DNA of 64,000 nt, taken from an uncultured Acetatifactor sp. GTDB taxonomy: Bacteria; Bacillota; Clostridia; Lachnospirales; Lachnospiraceae. The notes below the pieces were generated by a model. That model saw only the letters and a list, made by a program, of their open reading frames with translations. It had not been told where the DNA came from and did not search any database. Positions 8,834 to 18,279 of this stretch are shown here, one piece after another. Within the stretch, counting starts at the first letter, position 1; every line of letters starts with the position of its first letter. The translations under genes were made by a program, and so were the position numbers. The DNA lies in NCBI GenBank assembly GCA_947625675.1, contig CANQPH010000009.1:3896-67895 (forward strand), given 5' to 3'.

Positions 8834-11083
8834 ATGAAAAAGAGTAGAGCAATTTTGATCCTGCTTTTGCTTCTGGCTGTGCTGGCGGGAGTCACCTATG
8901 TGGATCTGGCCGGTACGGACGGCACGGGAGCGGGAAGCGCCTCGGACATCAAGCTGGGGCTGGATCTGGCCGGAGGCGTGAGCATCACCTACAAGGTGGT
9001 GGGAGACGGTACGCCCAGCAGCACGGACATGAGCGACACCATTTCCAAGCTGCAGCAGCGTGTTTACAACTATAGTACGGAGGCCATCGTGTACCAGGAA
9101 GGTCTGGACCGGATCAACATTGAGATCCCCGGCGTGCAGGACGCCAATGCCATCCTGCAGGAGCTGGGCAGACCCGGAACCCTGTATTTCATTGCGGAAA
9201 CGGACGATGAAGGAAATGATAATTATAGTCTCCAGGCGGATGCTTCCGGCAATTACTATTATGCCCTGAACCAGTCCATCGAGGAACTGCAGGCGGAGGG
9301 CTCCATTCCTTTAAGCGGCACGGACGTGGCCAATGCCCGGGCCGTGAGCTATACCAACGATTATGGCAACAGCGAATTCGCCGTGGAACTGACCATGACG
9401 GATGAGGGCCGGGACAAGTTCGCAGAGGCCACCAGAAGAGCCTACAACAACAACCAGGAATCCCTGGGGATCTACTATGACGGAAGCTTCGTCAGCGTGG
9501 CCAGGGTACAGGCGGTGCTGACGGACGGCACGGCCCTGATCTCCCCCATGGAATCCTTTGAACGGGCGGAAAGCCTGGCTTCCACTATCCGTATCGGCGG
9601 ACTGAAGGTGGAGCTGGAAGAGCTGCATTCCAAGGTGGTGGGCGCCCAGCTGGGCGTGGAGGCCATCGACACCAGCCTGAAGGCCGGCGTCATCGGTTTC
9701 GTCCTGGTGGCGGTATTTATGATCGCCGTATATTTCGCCATGGGCCTGGCTTCCGTGCTGGCCCTGAGCCTGTACGTGGCCCTGGTGGTGCTGCTTTTGA
9801 ACGGCTTTGACATGACTCTGACCCTGTCTGGCATCGCCGGCATCATTCTTTCCATCGGTATGGCGGTGGACGCCAACGTGATTATTTTTGCCCGTATCCG
9901 GGAGGAACTGGCCGCCGGAACCAGCGTCCGCACCGCTTTGAAGCTGGGCTATGACAAGGCCCTGTCCGCCATTATAGACGGCAACATTACCACCCTGATC
10001 GCAGCAGGCGTGCTTCTGATCCTGGCCCCGGGTTCCATCAAGGGCTTCGCTCAGACCCTGGCTCTGGGCATCGTGCTGTCCATGTTCACCGCCCTGGTGG
10101 TGACCAGGTGGGTGATGAACGCTTTTTACGCCCTGGGGCTGCGGGACGCCAAATGGTACGGCAAGGGCAAGACTTATAAGACCATCAACTTCCTGGGCAA
10201 ACAGAAGATCTTCTTCTGCGCATCCCTGGCGGTGATCGTGGCCGGGTTCATCGTGATGGGCGTGAACAAGGCGACCATCGGCGATTTCTTCAACCTGAGC
10301 CTGGAGTTCAAGGGCGGAACCGCCACGACCGTTACTTTCCAGGAGCACAGGACCCTGGAGGAGATCAATGCGGAGGTCGTGCCTCTGGTGGAAGACGTGA
10401 CCGGAGGGCCCGTGCAGATCCAGACGGTGCAGGATTCCAACGAGGTGATCTTCAAGAGCAACGCTTTGAACGTGGAGCAAAGAGAGGCGCTGGACGACAT
10501 GTTCCAGGAGAATTTCGGGGTGAGCGGACAAATGATCACTTCGGAGACCATCAGCTCCACCATCAGCGATGAGATGACCCGGGACACCATCCTGGCCGTG
10601 GTCGCGGCCATCGTGTGCATGCTGATCTACATCCGCATCCGGTTCAGTGACATCCGGTTCGGCATCAGCAGTGTGGCCGCCCTGACCCATGACGTGCTGG
10701 TGGTGCTGGCGTTCTATGCGGCTGTCAGGATCTCCGTGGGCAACACCTTCATCGCCTGCCTGCTGACCATCGTAGGTTACTCCATCAACGCCACCATCGT
10801 GATCTTCGACCGTGTGCGGGAAAACATGAGAAGCATGACCAAGAAGGATACCCTGGAGGAAGTGGTGAACAAGAGCGTTACCCAGACCCTTTCCAGAAGC
10901 ATCTTCACTTCCCTGACCACCTTCATCATGGTGGCGGTGCTTTACATCCTGGGCGTGACCAGCATCCGGGATTTCGCCCTGCCTTTGATGGTGGGCATCG
11001 TGTGCGGCGCTTATTCTTCCGTCTGCCTGACCGGCGCCATGTGGCTGTGGCTCCGTAAGAAGCTCCCTCAGAAGGCGGAGTAA
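8834..11083 (+). CDS. secDF: Fused protein translocase subunit SecDF
   Basis: IKLGLDLAGG, GMAVDANVIIFARIREE, SLEFKGGT, GYSINATIVIFDRVRE. Confidence 0.93.
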   Translation: MKKSRAILILLLLLAVLAGVTYVDLAGTDGTGAGSASDIKLGLDLAGGVSITYKVVGDGTPSSTDMSDTISKLQQRVYNYSTEAIVYQEGLDRINIEIPGVQDANAILQELGRPGTLYFIAETDDEGNDNYSLQADASGNYYYALNQSIEELQAEGSIPLSGTDVANARAVSYTNDYGNSEFAVELTMTDEGRDKFAEATRRAYNNNQESLGIYYDGSFVSVARVQAVLTDGTALISPMESFERAESLASTIRIGGLKVELEELHSKVVGAQLGVEAIDTSLKAGVIGFVLVAVFMIAVYFAMGLASVLALSLYVALVVLLLNGFDMTLTLSGIAGIILSIGMAVDANVIIFARIREELAAGTSVRTALKLGYDKALSAIIDGNITTLIAAGVLLILAPGSIKGFAQTLALGIVLSMFTALVVTRWVMNAFYALGLRDAKWYGKGKTYKTINFLGKQKIFFCASLAVIVAGFIVMGVNKATIGDFFNLSLEFKGGTATTVTFQEHRTLEEINAEVVPLVEDVTGGPVQIQTVQDSNEVIFKSNALNVEQREALDDMFQENFGVSGQMITSETISSTISDEMTRDTILAVVAAIVCMLIYIRIRFSDIRFGISSVAALTHDVLVVLAFYAAVRISVGNTFIACLLTIVGYSINATIVIFDRVRENMRSMTKKDTLEEVVNKSVTQTLSRSIFTSLTTFIMVAVLYILGVTSIRDFALPLMVGIVCGAYSSVCLTGAMWLWLRKKLPQKAE

Positions 11084-11106
11084 AGCTGCAGCATGGAAGA
11101 GAACAG

Positions 11107-11158
11107 GACACCCGTTTTCGGGGGCCGAACGGATCGGCCTTCGGAGGCGGGTGTTTTT
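11107..11158 (+). terminator. Rho-independent terminator after secDF
   Basis: GACACCCG...CGGGTGTT followed by a T-run. Confidence 0.6.
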
Positions 11159-11288
11159 GTCCCATTTGGAGACGGCGGCTTTTATTCTATCTTGCAAAAA
11201 AAGAATGCCGGATGTAAAATGAAATTAGTCATAAGTGTTGATTCATCGGTGCAATATCACAGGCAAGCCTGTGATATGCAGGGGTATA

Positions 11289-11397
11289 AGATTGGAAATA
11301 GCCTTTCGGCTATTTCCAATCTCGGGATTTGTGCTGCCGCACAAAGTCCCCTAAATTCAAATGCCGCCTGAACGGCGGCAGAATGAGAGGAAGAATG
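11289..11397 (+). repeat. Dispersed three-hairpin intergenic element, copy A (upstream of recJ)
   Basis: AGATTGGAAATAGCC/GGCTATTTCCAATCT; GGGATTTGTGC/GCACAAAGTCCC; TGCCGCC/GGCGGCA; then GAATGAGAGGAAGAATG. Confidence 0.85.
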
Positions 11398-13290
11398 GAA
11401 AAATGGTTTGTCAGCGCCAAGAAAGCGGATTTTAACGGTTGGGCCAGGGAATTCGGCATTTCGCCGGTCCTGGCCCGGATCATCCGGAACCGGGACGTGA
11501 CGGAGGAAGAGGACGTCAGGAAATTTTTGGAGGGAACCCTGGAGGACTGTCACAGTCCCTGGCTTCTGCATGGCATGGAAGAGGCGGTGAACCTGATTTT
11601 GGAGCGGGTTGCTGCGGGAGATGCCATTCGGGTCATCGGGGACTATGACGTGGACGGCATCTGTTCCTCCTATCTTTTGACCAGAGGGCTTTCCCTCCTG
11701 GGCGCCAGGGCGGATACGGCCATCCCTCACCGCATTCATGACGGATATGGGCTGAATGTGCATTTGATCGAGGAGGCGGCGAAGGACGGCATCCGCCTGA
11801 TTCTCACCTGTGACAACGGCATCGCCGCCTATGAGCAGATCGAGCTGGCGGGAAAGCTGGGAATGCAGGTGGTGGTGACGGATCACCACGAGGTGCCTTT
11901 CGTCATGGAGCAGGGTGTGCGGAAGGAGATCCTTCCCCCGGCGGCCGCCATCATCGACCCCAAGCAGCAGGAGTGCGCTTATCCACAGCCCAATATCTGC
12001 GGGGCGGTGGTGGCTTATAAGCTGGTGCAGGCCCTGTATGAGCGGGTTCGGCAGAACGAGGACTTCCGGGAGGAGGCGGCCGGCCGAAAGAGTTTTTCGG
12101 GAAATGCGGCTGAAGGGAAAGATTTTCGGGAAGATGCGAGCAGCCGAAAGAGTTTTTCGGAGAAGGAGGACGAGAGGAAAGACTTCCTGGAAGAGGCGCT
12201 GGAGTTCGCCGCCCTGGCCACCGTGTGCGATGTGATGGAGCTGCAGGGAGAGAACCGCATTCTGGTTCGGGAAGGATTGAGACGTCTGGCCAAAAGCCGC
12301 AATCCCGGACTGAAGGCCCTGATAGAGGTGAGCGGGATCGATCCGGTCAGGATCTCCGCCTATCACCTGGGGTTCGTGATCGGCCCCTGCCTGAACGCCA
12401 CGGGACGCCTGGATACCGCCCACCGGGCTCTGGAGCTTCTGCAGAGCCATTCCAGGGCGGAGGCTCTGAGGGCTGCCGAGGAGCTGAAGGAACTGAATGA
12501 CAGCCGCAAGAATATGACCAACCAGGGGGCAGAGCAGGCCCTTGCCTATGTAAAAGAGCATCATCTGGATCAGGATTCCGTGATGGTGGTTTATCTGCCG
12601 GAACTTCATGAGAGTCTGGCCGGCATCATTGCCGGGCGGGTGAGGGAAAGCTGCCATCATCCCGTGTTCGTCCTGACCTTGTCGGAGGAGGGGGTGAAGG
12701 GTTCCGGAAGGAGCATCGAAGCCTACCATATGTATGAACATTTGACCCTGATCAAGCAGTGCTTTGCCAAATTCGGGGGGCATAAAATGGCGGCGGGCCT
12801 GACCCTGGCGAAGCTTTTCGATACTCCGGAGGAGGACGTGGAGAATTTCCGGGAGCTTTTGAACCGGACGGCAGGGCTTGCGGCGGAAGATTTCATCCCC
12901 CGCATTCATATTGACATGGCGATGCCCCTGGATTATCCGGACATGGCGCTGGCGAAGGAACTGGAAAAGCTGGAACCCTTCGGGGCGGGCAACCCCAGGC
13001 CCTTGTTCGCTCACAAGAACCTGCATTTTGTCCGGGGATCCCTGATGGGGGCAAAGCAGAATTTCGCCAGGTATCGGGTACGGACGGAGCAGGGAAGGGA
13101 ACGGGAACTGGTATTTTTCGGGGAACTGGAGAAATTTCATGAGTTCTTGGAGGAAAAATTCGGTCCCTCCAGTGTCCGGAATCTATATGCGGGAAGCGGT
13201 GATTACTGCATCTCCATTACCTATCAGCTGGGAATCAATGTCTATCAGGGCCGGGAAAACCTACAGTTCATCTTACAAAATTATTGTTAA
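11395..13290 (+). CDS. recJ: Single-stranded-DNA-specific exonuclease RecJ
   Basis: GDYDVDG, TCDNG, TDHHE (DHH), GSGRS, GGHKMAAG, LEPFGAGNP. Confidence 0.95.
   Translation: MEKWFVSAKKADFNGWAREFGISPVLARIIRNRDVTEEEDVRKFLEGTLEDCHSPWLLHGMEEAVNLILERVAAGDAIRVIGDYDVDGICSSYLLTRGLSLLGARADTAIPHRIHDGYGLNVHLIEEAAKDGIRLILTCDNGIAAYEQIELAGKLGMQVVVTDHHEVPFVMEQGVRKEILPPAAAIIDPKQQECAYPQPNICGAVVAYKLVQALYERVRQNEDFREEAAGRKSFSGNAAEGKDFREDASSRKSFSEKEDERKDFLEEALEFAALATVCDVMELQGENRILVREGLRRLAKSRNPGLKALIEVSGIDPVRISAYHLGFVIGPCLNATGRLDTAHRALELLQSHSRAEALRAAEELKELNDSRKNMTNQGAEQALAYVKEHHLDQDSVMVVYLPELHESLAGIIAGRVRESCHHPVFVLTLSEEGVKGSGRSIEAYHMYEHLTLIKQCFAKFGGHKMAAGLTLAKLFDTPEEDVENFRELLNRTAGLAAEDFIPRIHIDMAMPLDYPDMALAKELEKLEPFGAGNPRPLFAHKNLHFVRGSLMGAKQNFARYRVRTEQGRERELVFFGELEKFHEFLEEKFGPSSVRNLYAGSGDYCISITYQLGINVYQGRENLQFILQNYC
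12061..12197 (+). repeat. In-frame 60-bp tandem repeat inside recJ
   Basis: Units at 12061, 12121 and a partial one at 12181; identical core GCCGAAAGAGTTTTTCGG at 12083 and 12143. Confidence 0.9.
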
Positions 13291-13560
13291 TCGCCGATTT
13301 TTAAAAACTTTATGGAAAGTTTACGATTTTTTTATAAAACGTACATACTATGGACATATTTAGGGGGTAATATGCAGTTAGATAGTTGATAAACTCACTA
13401 TCTCCCCCCTCATAAGAAAATCGCGAAAAGCTTCGGCATAGTTCCGGAGCTTTTTGCGGTGTAAAATGCGGTAGCGGCATAAAAGTGCATGAACAGCGGG
13501 GAGAGTGAGGAAAACGGTAACGGTATTGTGGGAATTTCCGCAATGTGGAAAACGAGGCAT

Positions 13561-13629
13561 AAGATTGAAAGTTGATATTTTCAATCTTAGATTGGCCGCC
13601 TGAGCGGCGGAGGAAGGCGAGGAAAGATG
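13561..13629 (+). repeat. Shortened variant of the dispersed hairpin element (upstream of the cyclophilin gene)
   Basis: AAGATTGAAA/TTTCAATCTT hairpin, then GCCGCCTGAGCGGCGG, then GAGGAAAGATG. The middle hairpin is absent. Confidence 0.6.
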
Positions 13630-14301
13630 AAAGCGATGAATTTGAAAAAGAAAAATCTGTGCGGTGTTTTGGCGTTGATTTTGTCAGGGGCGGTACTTCT
13701 GGCCGGATGCCAGGCGGATGACGCCTCCGCTCCGGAAGAGGAGGCCCACGACCAGATCGTGGAGGCTTCTGAGTCCGGGGAGAACGGAGAGGAGGAGCTG
13801 CTGAGCGGCCTGCACCATGTGGAGATCAAGATCAAGGATTTGGGCACCATATCCGTGGAACTGGATGCGGATCATGCGCCCATTACCGTGACCAATTTCG
13901 TGAAGTTGGCGGAATCCGGGTTCTATGACGGGCTGACCTTTCACAGGATTATGAAGGATTTCATGATGCAGGGCGGCGACCCGGAGGGAACCGGGATGGG
14001 AGGATCGGATACCGAGATCAAGGGAGAGTTTGCCGCCAACGGCGTGGAGAACCCTCTGTCCCACACCAGGGGAGCCATTTCCATGGCCCGTTCCAATCGG
14101 ATGGACAGCGCCAGCTCCCAGTTCTTCATCGTCCATCAGGACAGCACTTATCTGGACGGACAATATGCCTGCTTCGGTTATGTGACGGATGGCATGGATA
14201 TCGTGGATCAGATCTGCGAGAATACCACGGGGCAGGATGCCAACGGGATCGTGCCGGTGGAGAACAGGCCCGTGATCGAAAGCATCGTGGTGGTGGACTA
14301 A
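13627..14301 (+). CDS. Cyclophilin-type peptidyl-prolyl isomerase, lipoprotein
   Basis: Lipobox LLAG-C; FYDGLTFHRI, FMMQGGDP, GAISMAR, SQFFI, YACFGYV. Confidence 0.92.
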   Translation: MKAMNLKKKNLCGVLALILSGAVLLAGCQADDASAPEEEAHDQIVEASESGENGEEELLSGLHHVEIKIKDLGTISVELDADHAPITVTNFVKLAESGFYDGLTFHRIMKDFMMQGGDPEGTGMGGSDTEIKGEFAANGVENPLSHTRGAISMARSNRMDSASSQFFIVHQDSTYLDGQYACFGYVTDGMDIVDQICENTTGQDANGIVPVENRPVIESIVVVD

Positions 14302-14350
14302 AGCCTCTGGGGTTCCGACCAAAAGAGAAGAACCGGATGATTGCATGAGG

Positions 14351-14397
14351 AAGACTTCCTGTGCGCTCCGTAAATCGGTGCGGAAGGAAGTCTTTTT
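14351..14397 (+). terminator. Rho-independent terminator after the cyclophilin gene
   Basis: AAGACTTCCT...AGGAAGTCTT followed by T's. Confidence 0.7.
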
Positions 14398-14517
14398 AGT
14401 TTTTCTGAACTGTAATTTTTTTGAACTGTAAATAATAAATCTCGAAAAAGGGTGGTAGAATTTGCAAAAATGGAGTAAAATGGAAAGCAGAAAAACTGTG
14501 ATACGGGAGGTACGGAT

Positions 14518-15987
14518 ATGAAGCTGGTGAATCTGCTGAAGGGGTTGCGATATGAATGCCTGCAGGGAAACGTTGACCGGGACGTGACGGAAGTGGTCTA
14601 TGATTCCAGGAAGGTGACGAAGGGGTGTCTTTTCCTTTGTATCGTGGGCACGGTGTCAGACGGCCATGATTTCGCCAAGGATGCGGTGGAAAAAGGGGCC
14701 TGCGTGCTGGTGGTCTCCAGGGCGGTGGAAGGCCTGGAGGGAAAGGACGTGACGGTGATCCGGGTGGAGGATACCCGGTATGCCCTGGCCTTTATCTCGG
14801 CGGCCTATTTCGGCCACCCGGCGGAGAAGCTGCGGGTGATCGGCGTCACCGGCACCAAGGGCAAGACCACCACCACTTACCTGGTGAAGTCCATTCTGGA
14901 AAATGCGGGCTATCGGGTGGGGCTGGTGGGCACCATCGAGGTGGTCATCGGACAGGAACATATTCATGCGGAAAACACCACGCCGGAATCCTACATGCTG
15001 CAGAAGTATTTTGCCAAGATGGTGGAAGCGGGAATGGATATCGTGGTGATGGAGGTGTCTTCCCAGGCCCTGAAGATGCACAGGAGCCAGGGCTTTATCT
15101 TCGATTACGGTATTTTCACCAATCTGGAGCCGGATCACATCGCTCCGGGAGAACATGAGAGCTTCGAGGAATATCTGGCCTGCAAGAGCCTTCTGTTCCG
15201 CCAGTGCAGGGTGGGGATCGTCAACAGCGATGACGTCCATTGCGAACAGGTGATAGAAGGACATACCTGCAGCATAGAGAAATTCGGCCTGGGGGAGCAG
15301 GCGGATCTTCGTGCCAAAGATTTGACCCTGGTGAAGAAGCCCGGGGAATTGGGAGTGGCTTTCCGGGTGGAAGGCCTCCTGAACTTCGATGCGGAGGTGG
15401 CCACTCCCGGGCGCTTCAGCGTCTACAATGCCCTGGCGGCCATCGCCATCTGCAGACATTTCCGGATCCATACGGAAGATATTCGGGCGGCCCTGCTGCG
15501 GGCCCGGGTGAAGGGAAGGATCGAGCCGGTGAAGGTTTCCGACCAGTTCACCCTGCTCATCGACTATGCCCACAACGCCATGGCCCTGAAAAGCCTTTTG
15601 ACCACCCTGCGGGAGTACGAGCCTGGAAGGCTGGTCTGCCTGTTCGGATGCGGAGGCAACCGTTCCAGGCAGCGCCGTTTTGAAATGGGAGAGGTCAGCG
15701 GCAACCTGGCGGATCTGACGGTGATCACCTCGGACAATCCCCGCTATGAGGAACCCCAGGCCATCATCGAGGACATCAAAACGGGAATTGCGAAGACGAA
15801 GGGAAAATACGTGGAGATCTGCGACCGGAAGGAAGCCATCCGTTATTGTATCCTGCACGGCCAGCCGGGAGATCTCATCGTGCTGGCGGGAAAGGGACAT
15901 GAGGATTATCAGGAGATCAAGGGGGTAAAATATCCCATGGACGAAAGGGTCCTGATCCGGGAAATCCTTCAGGAAATGCGAGGGTAG
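14518..15987 (+). CDS. murE: UDP-N-acetylmuramoyl-L-alanyl-D-glutamate--diaminopimelate ligase
   Basis: GVTGTKGKTTT, TTPES, MEVSS, DYAHN, FGCGGNR, DNPR (DAP-type motif), AGKGHE. Confidence 0.95.
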   Translation: MKLVNLLKGLRYECLQGNVDRDVTEVVYDSRKVTKGCLFLCIVGTVSDGHDFAKDAVEKGACVLVVSRAVEGLEGKDVTVIRVEDTRYALAFISAAYFGHPAEKLRVIGVTGTKGKTTTTYLVKSILENAGYRVGLVGTIEVVIGQEHIHAENTTPESYMLQKYFAKMVEAGMDIVVMEVSSQALKMHRSQGFIFDYGIFTNLEPDHIAPGEHESFEEYLACKSLLFRQCRVGIVNSDDVHCEQVIEGHTCSIEKFGLGEQADLRAKDLTLVKKPGELGVAFRVEGLLNFDAEVATPGRFSVYNALAAIAICRHFRIHTEDIRAALLRARVKGRIEPVKVSDQFTLLIDYAHNAMALKSLLTTLREYEPGRLVCLFGCGGNRSRQRRFEMGEVSGNLADLTVITSDNPRYEEPQAIIEDIKTGIAKTKGKYVEICDRKEAIRYCILHGQPGDLIVLAGKGHEDYQEIKGVKYPMDERVLIREILQEMRG

Positions 15988-15991
15988 AGAA

Positions 15992-18235
15992 ATGTTTTTC
16001 GCAGACGTGATCGTGGACATTTCCCATGAGAAAGTGGACAGACCTTTTCAGTATCGGATCCCGGAGCGGCTCCAGGACCGTATCTCTATTGGAGTGTGCG
16101 TTTGGGTTCCTTTTGGACAAGGGAACAAAATGACCCAGGGCTATGTGATCGACGTCACGGAGGAATGCCATTTTGACCCGGCCAAAATGAAGGAGATTTC
16201 TTCTCTTTCCAAGGACGGGGTGACGGTGGAGTCCAGGCTGATCCAGCTGGCGGGCTGGATCCGGGAAAATTACGGTTCCACCATGATCCAGGCCCTGAAA
16301 ACCGTGCTGCCCGCCAAGCGGTCCGTGCAGAAGCTCCTGATCCGAAAGGTGGAGCGGAGGGCTTCCCGGGAGGCGGTGATCGCCGCCCTGGGGGAGGCGG
16401 GCAGAAAAAAGCAATACGCCAAGGAAAAGCTGTTGCGGGAGCTTTTGGACAATGAGGTGCTGCCCTATGAATGGATCGTGGGGAAGCTGGGAGTGTCGGC
16501 GGCGGCCGTGCGGAGCCTGGAGAAGGCGGAGATTTTGTCCGTGGTGACGGAAAGCGGCTACCGCAATCCCGTGGGAGAGCGGAAGAGAGAAGGAACTCGC
16601 AATCGCTTGAGTCCGGCTCAGCAGCACATCGTGGACAGCGTGCTGGAGGATTATGACAAAGGGATCAGGAAGACTTATCTGATCCATGGGATCACCGGAA
16701 GCGGCAAGACGGAGGTCTACATGTCCCTGATCGAGCAGGTGGTGGCCCGGGGAAAGCAGGCCATTTTCCTGATTCCGGAGATCTCCCTGACTTATCAGAC
16801 CCTGGTGCGTTTCTATCAGAGGTTCGGGGACCGGGTGAGTCTCATCAATTCCACCCTGTCCGCCGGAGAAAAGTATGACCAATGCCAGCGTGCCAGAAAC
16901 CGGGAAATCGACGTGATCATCGGGCCCAGGTCGGCTCTGTTTACTCCCTTCCCGGAGATCGGCCTGATCGTCATCGATGAGGAACACGAGGGCAGCTACA
17001 AAAGTGAGAACTCTCCCAAGTATCACGCCCGGGAGACCGCCGAAGAGGTGGCCAGGCTCCATGGGGCCAGCGTGGTGCTGGGCAGCGCCACCCCCTCCCT
17101 GGAAGCCTATTACCGGGCCAGAACCGGGAAATACGGGCTCTTCCAGCTGAATGAGCGCCTGACCGGGGGCAGCCTGCCCGAGGTGCATATGGTGGATCTG
17201 CGGGAGGAACTGAAGGCGGGCAACCGTTCCATTTTCAGCCGCCGTCTCCAGGAGCTTCTGGGGGACCGCCTGGAAAAGGGGGAGCAGAGCATGCTGTTTT
17301 TGAACCGCAGGGGATATGCGGGCTTTCTTTCCTGCCGTTCCTGCGGCTACGTGGTAAAATGTCCCCATTGCGACGTCTCCCTGTCGGAGCATGGAGGGGG
17401 CAGGATGGTCTGCCATTATTGCGGCTATGAGACCGCCAGGGTGACGGTCTGCCCCCAGTGCGGTTCCAGATACATCTCCGGTTTCCGGGCGGGAACCCAG
17501 CAGATCGAGGAAAAGCTGCAGGAACTGTTCCCAGCGGCCAGGATCCTGCGCATGGATGCGGATACCACCAGGACCAAGGGGAGCTATGAGAAAATTCTTT
17601 CCGCCTTTGCGGGCGGGGAGGCGGACGTCCTCATCGGAACCCAGATGATCGTGAAAGGCCATGATTTTCCCCGGGTGACCCTGGTGGGGATCATTGCGGC
17701 GGATCTGTCTCTGTCCGTGGGGGATTTCCGGGCGGGGGAGAGGACCTTCCAGCTTCTGACCCAGGCCGCCGGCCGGGCGGGCCGGGGGGAGAGCCCCGGA
17801 GAGGTGGTCATCCAGACCTATCAGCCGGAGCACTACGCCCTGGTGCACGCTTCCCATCAGGATTATGAGAGTTTTTACCAGGAAGAGATCCTGTACCGGG
17901 AGATGCTTTCCTATCCTCCGGTGGCCCATATGCTGGCGGTGCAGATTTTTGCCAGCCAGGAGGAAGCGGGCCTGGAACTGGCCGGGAAGCTGGCGGAGGC
18001 GGCCCGGGGATTCATTGACGAGAGGGAGAGCGTGGAAAAAAGGCTGCTATTAATGGGCCCGGCCCCGGCTTCCATCGGAAGAATTAATGATATTTTTAGA
18101 TTTGTTTTCTATCTTAAATACGCAGATTATGGTACACTGTTACAGATCAAGAATGCGCTGGAGAAGCTGCTGGAGGAACAGCCGCTGAAAAAAGAAAGCG
18201 TGCAGTTTGATTTTGATCCCATGAATACCATGTGA
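15992..18235 (+). CDS. priA: Primosomal protein N' (replication restart helicase)
   Basis: GITGSGKT, DEEH, four CxxC motifs, GTQMIVKGHDFP, QAAGRAGR. Confidence 0.96.
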   Translation: MFFADVIVDISHEKVDRPFQYRIPERLQDRISIGVCVWVPFGQGNKMTQGYVIDVTEECHFDPAKMKEISSLSKDGVTVESRLIQLAGWIRENYGSTMIQALKTVLPAKRSVQKLLIRKVERRASREAVIAALGEAGRKKQYAKEKLLRELLDNEVLPYEWIVGKLGVSAAAVRSLEKAEILSVVTESGYRNPVGERKREGTRNRLSPAQQHIVDSVLEDYDKGIRKTYLIHGITGSGKTEVYMSLIEQVVARGKQAIFLIPEISLTYQTLVRFYQRFGDRVSLINSTLSAGEKYDQCQRARNREIDVIIGPRSALFTPFPEIGLIVIDEEHEGSYKSENSPKYHARETAEEVARLHGASVVLGSATPSLEAYYRARTGKYGLFQLNERLTGGSLPEVHMVDLREELKAGNRSIFSRRLQELLGDRLEKGEQSMLFLNRRGYAGFLSCRSCGYVVKCPHCDVSLSEHGGGRMVCHYCGYETARVTVCPQCGSRYISGFRAGTQQIEEKLQELFPAARILRMDADTTRTKGSYEKILSAFAGGEADVLIGTQMIVKGHDFPRVTLVGIIAADLSLSVGDFRAGERTFQLLTQAAGRAGRGESPGEVVIQTYQPEHYALVHASHQDYESFYQEEILYREMLSYPPVAHMLAVQIFASQEEAGLELAGKLAEAARGFIDERESVEKRLLLMGPAPASIGRINDIFRFVFYLKYADYGTLLQIKNALEKLLEEQPLKKESVQFDFDPMNTM

Positions 18236-18279
18236 ATCGGAGGACATAGAAATAGAACAGGAAAGGCAGGAGCGAAGGC

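Noticed and set aside
11289-11397. Interpreting the hairpin element as a known riboswitch or T-box
   Set aside because: No recognisable aptamer or T-box consensus, and the downstream genes are functionally unrelated.
13310-13584. Short minus-strand ORFs in the recJ-cyclophilin spacer
   Set aside because: No RBS or motif. The region contains hairpins and promoter-like sequence instead.
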